Shown here piece by piece: positions 1 to 6,904 of a stretch of 37,051 nt of DNA (position 1 is the first letter of the stretch; each line of letters starts with the position of its first letter). Below the pieces are notes generated by a model. That model made no database searches. It worked only from the letters and a program-made list of their open reading frames with translations, and was not told where the DNA came from. The DNA is from a virus. The stretch lies in the IMG/VR virus record IMGVR_UViG_3300028045_000005; one strand, 5' to 3'. The translations under genes and the position numbers were made by a program.

Positions 1-127
1 ACCAAGACCCATAAGCGATTATGAATGGCCTGAAGAATCTTAGAAACCAGAGGTAAAACATTACTCGTCCTTTGATAAACAATACAGAGTAGCAACACCC
101 CATTCGCCTGTGAGCTCACTATCATCT
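1..127. repeat. Terminal direct repeat, copy 1 (identical to 36925..37051); contig-end overlap of a circular or circularly permuted genome
   Basis: Read directly: accaagacccataagcgattatgaatgg...gagctcactatcatct is present at both ends. Bases 1..61 duplicate the 5' coding end of the 36419..36985 gene. Confidence 0.9.
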
Positions 128-1044
128 GCAACACTCATTCTTAATTCTGCTCCAAGTGTGCTTTGAAAAGGTTTTGTGGTGGTATAATGCCAAGGAAAAA
201 TTAAAATTTCTTGAGAAATATTATCACACGCGGGTATAGAACCTGTCCCAAGGTTGCCACTTGCTATCAGATCCTTAACATTTTTATAGGTGATTCTTTG
301 GTATAGCATTTTATTAGGAAGGTCAACAGGGTTATAAACCCACACTTCAAAATATATTGGTGATGTTATTGAAAGGTCTTTTGTAAACTGTAGTTCTGCA
401 TGTTCTATAATCATTACCTTGCCAGCAGCCGGGGCAACACAGAACTCACTAGAACCAGCGTAGTAATAATCAGCAGTAACAGGCCCTGTTGGAGCAGAAT
501 CAAATGCAACTTTCCCGTTTGAATAATCCAAGGTTATACCGGATGTCTGTTCCACGCCATTGTCATAGATCTTAACATTATAAGTACCACCGGCATTGGC
601 AATATCTTCGTCGTAAACCTTTCCGTTAATAAGGTCTATCCAGTATTTATTAACTGCCTTGTAAGTTGTTCCAGCATCCAATACCAGGGTCTCGCCTGTT
701 ACTTGGGTGGATTTTTGGTACCAAGTAGTTTTGTCACACCAATCATGGGTTACATTAATGAAAGATGAGCCCTCAAGAGGGGAAACTTGGACAAGTTGAG
801 CGTTTTGGATGGGTGATCTTTGTGCAATTTTTTTATTAGCTCCAGCCCTATAATTGTCCTGCCAATCTTCAATGTCAGTAGAGTCAGTCGGGTCTAATCG
901 CATTCGGCAATACATCATAAAGTTTTCATCTATGGCATATATGTGATCTCTATTTTGATATTCATAGTACTTGTAAAACGGATCAGCTGCGTCTATAAAC
1001 GCTTTCATCTCGGGCCATTTTACTCTTATAAGATTCTCGCTCAT
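61..1044 (-). CDS. Virion-module protein, putative fibre/receptor-binding protein (paralog pair with 1041..1706, shared N-terminal domain)
   Basis: 327-aa ORF with an ATGA start/stop overlap with the upstream gene. N-terminus RVKW-E-K...D-DW-x-NY-x3-AN matches the 1041..1706 product. The C-terminal part is Gly/Thr/Tyr/Asn-rich and beta-type. No family recognised. Confidence 0.6.
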   Translation of the reverse strand: MSENLIRVKWPEMKAFIDAADPFYKYYEYQNRDHIYAIDENFMMYCRMRLDPTDSTDIEDWQDNYRAGANKKIAQRSPIQNAQLVQVSPLEGSSFINVTHDWCDKTTWYQKSTQVTGETLVLDAGTTYKAVNKYWIDLINGKVYDEDIANAGGTYNVKIYDNGVEQTSGITLDYSNGKVAFDSAPTGPVTADYYYAGSSEFCVAPAAGKVMIIEHAELQFTKDLSITSPIYFEVWVYNPVDLPNKMLYQRITYKNVKDLIASGNLGTGSIPACDNISQEILIFPWHYTTTKPFQSTLGAELRMSVADDSELTGEWGVATLYCLSKDE

Positions 1045-1706
1045 GACTCATCCGTATAGTAAACATTTATCCAGTCAACTGTTCTGTTACCATTTGTTTC
1101 TTTTGCCTGTATTTTAAAATTAGTTCCATATGCAATAGGGCAGGGTGGTTCAAACAATAATCTGTCATTTGATCCTAACCTAAAAAACTGGTCCATGGAG
1201 CCATTAGATTTCCCGTTGGAATGGAACCTTGCGAATCCCTCTATTTCTTCCCTTAGCTTGTAGTCGAATATTTCGTTACCATCCACTTCAAGTCTAAGTG
1301 CAACTCTGTTTGAGTTAAATTCCATCGCGAATGAAAATAAATTACCATTCCCGGTGTTCTCAAATACGGTTGCATGCGAAGATGTAAGGGCGATATCAGA
1401 ATTACTAAAATGTGTTTTTAATTTTGGACTTATAGTCGGGCATGCAGGCGATGTTGATGTATTAGAAATTATATTAACGTCAATGGAATTGCTTATGTCG
1501 TTTGCCTGGGACTTATAGTTTGTTTCCCAATCTGTCTGGTCTGCACTTGGGCTGACATCTTTGGCAATAGGGCAGATAACGTCAATCTGGCTATGCTTGA
1601 GGGTCACCTGGTAGAAATTCCCATCATCTGAGTATATGGCCCTACTAGGCATGCTTGCATGGATATCAAACAGTGATTTAAGCTCTTGCCATTTAACTCT
1701 TCTCAT
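1041..1706 (-). CDS. Virion-module protein, paralog of 61..1044 in the N-terminal ~70 aa, divergent C-terminus
   Basis: 221-aa ORF. MRRVKWQELKSLFD...DQTDWETNYKSQAND aligns with IRVKWPEMKAFID...DIEDWQDNYRAGANKK of the next gene. Tightly packed in the operon. Confidence 0.6.
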   Translation of the reverse strand: MRRVKWQELKSLFDIHASMPSRAIYSDDGNFYQVTLKHSQIDVICPIAKDVSPSADQTDWETNYKSQANDISNSIDVNIISNTSTSPACPTISPKLKTHFSNSDIALTSSHATVFENTGNGNLFSFAMEFNSNRVALRLEVDGNEIFDYKLREEIEGFARFHSNGKSNGSMDQFFRLGSNDRLLFEPPCPIAYGTNFKIQAKETNGNRTVDWINVYYTDES

Positions 1707-1713
1707 AATTCCC

Positions 1714-2553
1714 TCAGTTCTTGACTAATATTAAGTCGAACCCTGCAGATATGCCCTGCGACCCACTTTGGGCCTTACCCATCATTCTTATGTCTGATTT
1801 TTCTTCAATCTTTAAATATGGTTTAAATGGGAGTGATTCAGTTGCACTGTCAGACACTATGTATCTTTTAACTTGGAACACGCTGCCCTCGGGTCTCACA
1901 TCAAGCCTGATAGCTGCCTCTACGTTCCGTTCCATTCCTATAAAGAAGCTAGTTAAATATGCCGTGTACCCGGACTTGACCGTATATACGGCCATAAGGG
2001 TCTGGTTGTTCTCTTCGCTTATTTGAGCTATTACGGTGCCTGTATGAGTGGCCGTAATATCGCCGTCGTTTTCTTCCTGAGACCCTGCTGTCAAAACCTT
2101 CATCCTGAATATTCTCAAATATGAATTAGAGCTTGTTACGTTTGAAGTGCCATTCATTGTTATGGTTTCAGAGATTGGATTGTATGACCCATCCAAGCCT
2201 TGTATCTCCACCGTTCTCGCACCAGAGCCTGCAGAAGTGTCGCTTGAGTCATCTGATTTAACCGTTACGGTGCTGGCAGATGTTTTCCATGTATAACTAG
2301 TGCTCACATCCCAGATCTCTTCAAAGTTGCTACCATTGACGTCAGGATTAAAACCAAACTTGTTAACTGACTCTGTGTCTGTAATTAATCCAGCGGGGAC
2401 CGCCAGGTAAAAGTCCTGGCCGTTACTTCCGACCACGGTTGCATCAGAAATCACATGGACAGCATTTTCACCGGACCCCTTGGCCTCTACTTTCGCCTTG
2501 AGCCCTGTGTCTTCGTCTTGTATTGAGGTGGAGCCAGATGCTTTTTGAACCAT
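1714..2553 (-). CDS. Beta-rich virion protein (function unknown)
   Basis: The ORF track gives 1714..2628. I chose ATG 2553..2551 because it forms a TAATG stop/start overlap with the 2553..2879 gene and is preceded by GAGAGGG 7 nt upstream. Ser/Thr/Gly/Asn-rich, typical of structural proteins. Confidence 0.55.
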   Translation of the reverse strand: MVQKASGSTSIQDEDTGLKAKVEAKGSGENAVHVISDATVVGSNGQDFYLAVPAGLITDTESVNKFGFNPDVNGSNFEEIWDVSTSYTWKTSASTVTVKSDDSSDTSAGSGARTVEIQGLDGSYNPISETITMNGTSNVTSSNSYLRIFRMKVLTAGSQEENDGDITATHTGTVIAQISEENNQTLMAVYTVKSGYTAYLTSFFIGMERNVEAAIRLDVRPEGSVFQVKRYIVSDSATESLPFKPYLKIEEKSDIRMMGKAQSGSQGISAGFDLILVKN

Positions 2554-2879
2554 TACTCGGCCCTCTCTGCTACGATTATATTGGAAGAACCATTGCTTAT
2601 TATATAAACAGGTTGGTTGGGCCCACATGGTATAGATATAAATTCATTTCTACTTACTCTGAAGCCTTTATTGGCACCACTTGTCGTCACCGGGGTGTCG
2701 AAGCTCCAGAAGCAGGCGTCGCCGGTATCTATCTCCAGGAGTATTTCTACTCTGTTTTCAAGCCTGGAAGCTCCAACTTTTATCTCAATTTCTGTTGTAA
2801 GAGTGAATCTATTTTGCACCGCAGACCCATTGGGGCCAGCGGGAACATTAGAGGGCGTTAAATCACTTATCGTCATCAC
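2553..2879 (-). CDS. Small beta-rich virion protein sharing a C-terminal domain with the 3072..3707 and 3718..4128 products
   Basis: 108-aa ORF. The pattern EILLEID-G...W...TTSG...G-V......-IYIISNGSSNIIVAE parallels RMIIQNLG...IYLG..TTSTGLKL..G....IYAL..SSTADIRISE in the 211-aa protein. Confidence 0.55.
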   Translation of the reverse strand: MMTISDLTPSNVPAGPNGSAVQNRFTLTTEIEIKVGASRLENRVEILLEIDTGDACFWSFDTPVTTSGANKGFRVSRNEFISIPCGPNQPVYIISNGSSNIIVAERAE

Positions 2880-3072
2880 TGCCCCCCACTTCCTGGATTG
2901 GATTACCCATCACCTCAGGCATTAGGGCAGCTTCGATTTTAGGCTGAAATTCATCAAACCATTTAAAGAGTAGTGCGACCCTTATGACCGCACTACCTTT
3001 CATATCGTAACTTCCACTATTAATTACGCTTTTAAGTGACTTATAATTTTCCAAATCCTTTTGGTTTATCAT
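2863..3072 (-). CDS. Hypothetical small protein
   Basis: 69-aa ORF. Start forms a TAATG overlap with the stop of 3072..3707. Fills the gap in the operon. Confidence 0.45.
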   Translation of the reverse strand: MINQKDLENYKSLKSVINSGSYDMKGSAVIRVALLFKWFDEFQPKIEAALMPEVMGNPIQEVGGSDDDK

Positions 3073-3707
3073 TATGCCGCAAACTCCGAGATCCTAATAT
3101 CGGCTGTTGATGATGCAGTAAGTGCATAAATGTCTGCACCAGCATCCCAAGCCATTTCGATTGATGATCCCTTAGGAAGTTTAAGCCCTGTTGAGGTAGT
3201 AACACCCACAACTTGGCCTAGGTAAATATCTTGAGTTCCAAGGTTTTGAATTATCATTCTTAATCTACTAGAAAGCGGCGTTGATGCAATTTGAGCAGCT
3301 GTAGTCGTAACTGATTCTGCAGTCGCCTTCCAAGAAGAATACCCGCCTTCAAATGATTGCACGTTAATACTTCCATCCGCATTCACTTCAAGAAAATCCG
3401 TTCCATCACCAACCTTAATGCTGTCACTGGCATGGGTGAGATCTCTAATGTCGAGGTCCGTTGCCGTAACCACGGAGTTGATTGACCCATCTGCATTAAC
3501 TGCAAGAGTGTCTGTTCCGTCACTAATGGCAACATTGTCTTGTGAGGCATCCAGGTCTCTTATATCTAAATCAACAGCATCTACTGTAAGTGAGTTGCCA
3601 CCGTCATTTATTGAAATATGTCCCGAAGCATCTATTAACAGATCATTTGATCCGTCCGAAACCTTAATCGAGTGTAAAGCTGCGTCGATTGAATCTAGTG
3701 TAATCAT
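3072..3707 (-). CDS. Fibre-like protein with three tandem ~38-aa repeats and a C-terminal beta domain
   Basis: 211-aa ORF. Repeats DLDIRDL-x4-D-x-(I/V)-x-(S/G)DGTD-L-VNADGSIN are read twice almost exactly, with a degenerate first copy. The C-terminal domain is shared with two neighbouring genes. Confidence 0.65.
   Translation of the reverse strand: MITLDSIDAALHSIKVSDGSNDLLIDASGHISINDGGNSLTVDAVDLDIRDLDASQDNVAISDGTDTLAVNADGSINSVVTATDLDIRDLTHASDSIKVGDGTDFLEVNADGSINVQSFEGGYSSWKATAESVTTTAAQIASTPLSSRLRMIIQNLGTQDIYLGQVVGVTTSTGLKLPKGSSIEMAWDAGADIYALTASSTADIRISEFAA
3354..3695 (-). repeat. Three diverged tandem coding repeats (period 114 nt / 38 aa) inside the 3072..3707 gene
   Basis: DLDIRDL recurs at residues 46-52 and 84-90. 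SDGTDTLAVNADGSIN and GDGTDFLEVNADGSIN follow at the same offset. An upstream degenerate copy reads SDGSNDLLIDASGHISIN. Confidence 0.7.
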
Positions 3708-3717
3708 ACATCCCTCC

Positions 3718-4128
3718 CTAGGTGTGTAATTCCAAAATCTCTACTGTATTACTTCCTTTATCTGACTGCACATAAAGCGTCTTGCTTGTTAATTGCAGCT
3801 GATCCAAGGTTAATACTGTGCTAGGTCTTATTGTAATATATTTTGTAGCACTTTCGGTAGCAGTAAATGCTAACTGTAATTGTGCTGTCTTATCTCTTGA
3901 TCTTATAATTAATGATTTTGTATCGTCGGTTATTGTCTGTGAAACCTCTGTGGCAGCAGTCGGAACCGACTTATTAACAATATTTGGGGTCATATTCAGC
4001 TGGCTAAACGTGATAGGTACTGGCTCGCCAGCTTCATTTGCTATCCATACCCTGACAGCAGTTTCACCAGAAGGTCTTTCTATAAACCTGTCCTGCTCTC
4101 TGTCTTTATAATTAGAACGCCAAGGCAT
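3718..4128 (-). CDS. Beta-rich virion protein, third member of the shared C-terminal domain set
   Basis: 136-aa ORF. SLIIRSRDKTAQLQLAF..TESATKYITIRPSTVLTL....KTLYVQSDKGSNTVEILE parallels the C-termini of the 3072..3707 and 2553..2879 products. TAATG overlap with the upstream gene. Confidence 0.55.
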   Translation of the reverse strand: MPWRSNYKDREQDRFIERPSGETAVRVWIANEAGEPVPITFSQLNMTPNIVNKSVPTAATEVSQTITDDTKSLIIRSRDKTAQLQLAFTATESATKYITIRPSTVLTLDQLQLTSKTLYVQSDKGSNTVEILELHT

Positions 4129-4325
4129 TATTTAACCCTCTTTATAGGTATGTATTTAGTGGCATCGGCATCAAACCAGCAGATAAATCTGCCATCTGAC
4201 AGCTGTGCCCTGTCCCTATATTTAAACTCCCGATCATTTATCAGACTGTTAAGCAGTTGAAGCTTTGTAAGTTCCTCGGGGGATTTAGCAATAAGGGAAA
4301 AACTCGCATTAAAGATATTTTTCAT
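4128..4325 (-). CDS. Hypothetical small protein downstream of the capsid gene
   Basis: 65-aa ORF. The ATG lies inside the U-tract of the capsid-gene terminator with no visible SD. The stop is TAATG-coupled to the next gene. Confidence 0.45.
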   Translation of the reverse strand: MKNIFNASFSLIAKSPEELTKLQLLNSLINDREFKYRDRAQLSDGRFICWFDADATKYIPIKRVK

Positions 4326-4354
4326 AAAGAAAGAAGGGGCCGAAGCCCCTCTTT
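4326..4354 (-). terminator. Rho-independent terminator/attenuator after the major capsid gene
   Basis: Minus strand reads AAAGAGGGGC-TTCG-GCCCCTTCTTTCTTTATG: a GC stem, a UUCG tetraloop and a U-rich tail. It starts directly after the capsid stop codon. Confidence 0.7.
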
Positions 4355-4355
4355 A

Positions 4356-5285
4356 TTAAACGTTTACGCCTACGCTTGAAGCGGTTGTTCCGGTGTAAAG
4401 TGCATCTTGATCCAAAATCCCGTAATCAAGGGTCATCTTGAATCCAAAATTTAAAAATCTATTAAGCTTATCAAAAGGCCCGCTGAGAACCATTTGTGGT
4501 AATTGGCTAACGGCCTTACCAAGTGCATTTTCGCCTAGGAAAATTGAATGGTAAGAGTCAACAGCAGCTGCACCAGCATCTGTGTTAACAGAAATAAGGT
4601 TGTCTTTGATGATTCTAAAACCATTAAGCATACCAATCTCATTTCTAAGAACTTCTTCAGGTCTTGCATACTTGTTAACATCAACCCATGATCCTGCACC
4701 AACAGAATCTCTTAGGTCATGGATAACATCGTCATGCATAACTGCTACAAACATTCCTTCACTCAAAGGAGCAACTGAACTTCTTGAAAGCTTGTTGTAA
4801 AGCCTATTAAGAAAAGTTGCAGTCATAACATCCCCTGCCGCAAGAGCAGCTTCTGAAGCAACTGACCCAGGGAATAGTTCGTTTGCAGAACCCTCAGCAG
4901 CCAATACGGCAAGCTTATTCATGGTTTGGCCCATGTTTTTCCCAACTAGTCTAGCGGCGCTCAAATCGGCCACCCCCCCAGTTTGCAAATTAGCAAGCGA
5001 AGTTGTCGTAATCACGTTTCCATACTCGGCCGGAGTGAAAGTTACCTTTGAGTCAACCAGTGCTTCACTCGTAACATCCTCATCTTCTGTAAGAGGTGTT
5101 GTTGCAAGAGCTAGCCTTGAATACTTAGGTATTTGAATAGATTTAGCGCCGATATCTTTTTTGTAAGATACAAACTGATCCATAACACCTTCAGCACCAG
5201 CTGCGATAATAAATTGTTGGTCATACTCTAGTACAATCGAGTCATCGACTGCAGCAGCATCAGACATGTTTAGTGTAAATGCCAT
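4356..5285 (-). CDS. Major capsid protein (HK97-fold type expected)
   Basis: 309 aa, Ala/Gly/Val-rich, with a strong AAGGAG SD. Lies immediately after a coiled-coil scaffold gene and downstream of portal and terminase, and is followed by a strong terminator. Assigned from position, size and composition; no search was run. Confidence 0.75.
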   Translation of the reverse strand: MAFTLNMSDAAAVDDSIVLEYDQQFIIAAGAEGVMDQFVSYKKDIGAKSIQIPKYSRLALATTPLTEDEDVTSEALVDSKVTFTPAEYGNVITTTSLANLQTGGVADLSAARLVGKNMGQTMNKLAVLAAEGSANELFPGSVASEAALAAGDVMTATFLNRLYNKLSRSSVAPLSEGMFVAVMHDDVIHDLRDSVGAGSWVDVNKYARPEEVLRNEIGMLNGFRIIKDNLISVNTDAGAAAVDSYHSIFLGENALGKAVSQLPQMVLSGPFDKLNRFLNFGFKMTLDYGILDQDALYTGTTASSVGVNV

Positions 5286-5295
5286 TTAACTCTCC

Positions 5296-5910
5296 TTAGT
5301 TATAATTTGGATCTCTTCCATATTTTCTTCTGACTCTGTCCATTTCACTTTGAGTCGTACACATCTTTAGTTCAGATAAGTAATCGCTTGGCTTATCTTC
5401 CTTGTACCGGGGCATTGTTTGTTTCATTTCAGTTGTTGACTTAAACATCCATGCATCTTTCTTTTTAATCCTGTCGATCTCAGAAGCAACGTTTTTAAAT
5501 GTAAGTCCCTCTTGATCGTATTCAAGATTGTCCATGTCAATTGCGTTTACAATTGCATCGACAGAATGTGCATCACCAGCATGTTTTGAAACCTCGAACT
5601 TAAGGTCTTTCATAACTGCTAGCTTTTGAGTATTGGCCAATGATGATTCTAGCTCAATGCTCCTAGAATTAGCTTTCTTAAGAAGTGCCTCCATATCGCC
5701 TTTCTGTGTTAGCGTTTGGTTTTCCTTCTCATCAACTTCACCCTTTAACTTGTTGTACTTGTCCTTGTTAGTCTTTGATTCAGTTAATAAACGTTCGTTT
5801 GTTGAACTCAATCGAGTAACAGTTTCTCTCAACTCGTTAAATTGCTCTAATGAAACTTGGTTTTCACCTTCTGTTGAATCACCTTCGTGGTTCTTTTGCT
5901 CAGTAGACAT
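5296..5910 (-). CDS. Scaffolding protein
   Basis: 204 aa, highly charged (E/K-rich) with a heptad-like coiled-coil N-terminal half. GGAGGA SD. Directly upstream of the capsid gene. Confidence 0.65.
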   Translation of the reverse strand: MSTEQKNHEGDSTEGENQVSLEQFNELRETVTRLSSTNERLLTESKTNKDKYNKLKGEVDEKENQTLTQKGDMEALLKKANSRSIELESSLANTQKLAVMKDLKFEVSKHAGDAHSVDAIVNAIDMDNLEYDQEGLTFKNVASEIDRIKKKDAWMFKSTTEMKQTMPRYKEDKPSDYLSELKMCTTQSEMDRVRRKYGRDPNYN

Positions 5911-5964
5911 GTAATGTCCTCCATGAATGTACAGAGTTCTCCGTACGTTAATAATAGTATGTTT

Positions 5965-6438
5965 TTATCTATTGCGTCTAGTCGCCTTCTTGAAACTTGA
6001 CTCTAATAGTAATTTAATCTTTTTAGTAATTGAACTATTAAATGTTTCTCTACCCTGCGGAAGCATTGCTCTTATAGTTTTTGAAGCGCCAGCACCTAAT
6101 TTGTCGTGGTATTTAGCAATCTTAGAGCTGAAAAAGATCACAATGTTCTTTCCTGTGTCTCTTATTTTTAAAGATCTAAGCATTTTCCCTGTCACTGTTA
6201 AGTTTATGGGCCTTTCTTTTTTGCCGTAACTCTTTAGATATTTACTTGTTTTCATAGATTTCTTATAGGAATCAGAGTATCTCACATATCTACCAGCACC
6301 CTTAACAGGTGAAACCCCTCTTTTAATGCTGTCTGTAATTGCTTTTTTTAACACCGGTTTAACGGCTCTATTAAAGTTGGTCCTAGTGTTAGGGATTAGC
6401 TTTTTGAGAAACTTAGTCCTCTCAATTTTAAAACCCAT
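5965..6438 (-). CDS. Basic virion-morphogenesis-like protein (paralog of 6428..6904)
   Basis: 157 aa, Lys/Arg-rich. SPVKGAG...Y-K....GKKERPINLTVTGKMLRSL...KYHDKLG......R-MLPQG..F-S-I-KKI aligns with the neighbouring gene product. It is reminiscent of Mu G / head-completion type proteins, but this is unverified. Confidence 0.5.
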   Translation of the reverse strand: MGFKIERTKFLKKLIPNTRTNFNRAVKPVLKKAITDSIKRGVSPVKGAGRYVRYSDSYKKSMKTSKYLKSYGKKERPINLTVTGKMLRSLKIRDTGKNIVIFFSSKIAKYHDKLGAGASKTIRAMLPQGRETFNSSITKKIKLLLESSFKKATRRNR

Positions 6439-6904
6439 CTTTAGCCTTCTCGATTAGCCGATCAATCTTATCCATTATCTCAGACCTAAACTTCCTGTTT
6501 CCTTTTGGGAGGTATTGCCTTTTAGGTAAAGTATCCCCAACGTTGTGGTTGAATGATTTCTTCTTCTGCAGAGAGTCCGTGATTTTTAACTGGACCCCAT
6601 TGGCCGTATTTTTAGAGCCTAGGCTTGCATTCATGAGTTGAGTTAGCTGGAGATCTGGCTTTCCACCTTTACCTTTAGACTTTTTGAATTTCGCATAATC
6701 TTTTGAAAGGCCCTTAAATGTAGCACCATTAACGGGAGATTGAGCCTGATCTAAGTCCTCATCTACAAGCCTCAAGAGGGATTCTCCCACTAGCGTTTTA
6801 ATCTTCGAGGCTTGTGTTTTGTTTAGACCTTTAAGCTCTTCAGATAGATCAATATTAACTTCTATCTTGCTCTTCTTGATCTGGCTCTTGAACTTGGCCA
6901 TCAT
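6428..6904 (-). CDS. Basic virion-morphogenesis-like protein (paralog of 5965..6438)
   Basis: 158 aa. SPVNGA..F-GLSKDYAKFKKSKGKGGKPDLQLTQLMNASL...FNHNVGDTLPKRQYLPKG. Overlaps the portal 3' end by 50 nt. Confidence 0.5.
   Translation of the reverse strand: MMAKFKSQIKKSKIEVNIDLSEELKGLNKTQASKIKTLVGESLLRLVDEDLDQAQSPVNGATFKGLSKDYAKFKKSKGKGGKPDLQLTQLMNASLGSKNTANGVQLKITDSLQKKKSFNHNVGDTLPKRQYLPKGNRKFRSEIMDKIDRLIEKAKDGF

Noticed and set aside
1-127. The 127-bp terminal repeat as a biological direct terminal repeat or as a separate partial gene
   Set aside because: Its length equals a standard maximal assembler k-mer, and it falls inside coding sequence at an arbitrary position. An assembly overlap of a circular map is the simpler reading. 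This is testable with reads.
1721-4111. Plus-strand ORFs nested antisense in the structural genes (1721..2026, 2523..2861, 2617..2925, 3418..3729, 3818..4111)
   Set aside because: Each lies wholly inside a longer minus-strand ORF that belongs to a tightly coupled operon. None has an SD. Their compositions are mirror images of the sense-strand proteins. The same reasoning applies to 4582..4800, 4921..5136, 5633..5914, 5927..6229, 7135..7629 and the many antisense ORFs in 24982..36213.
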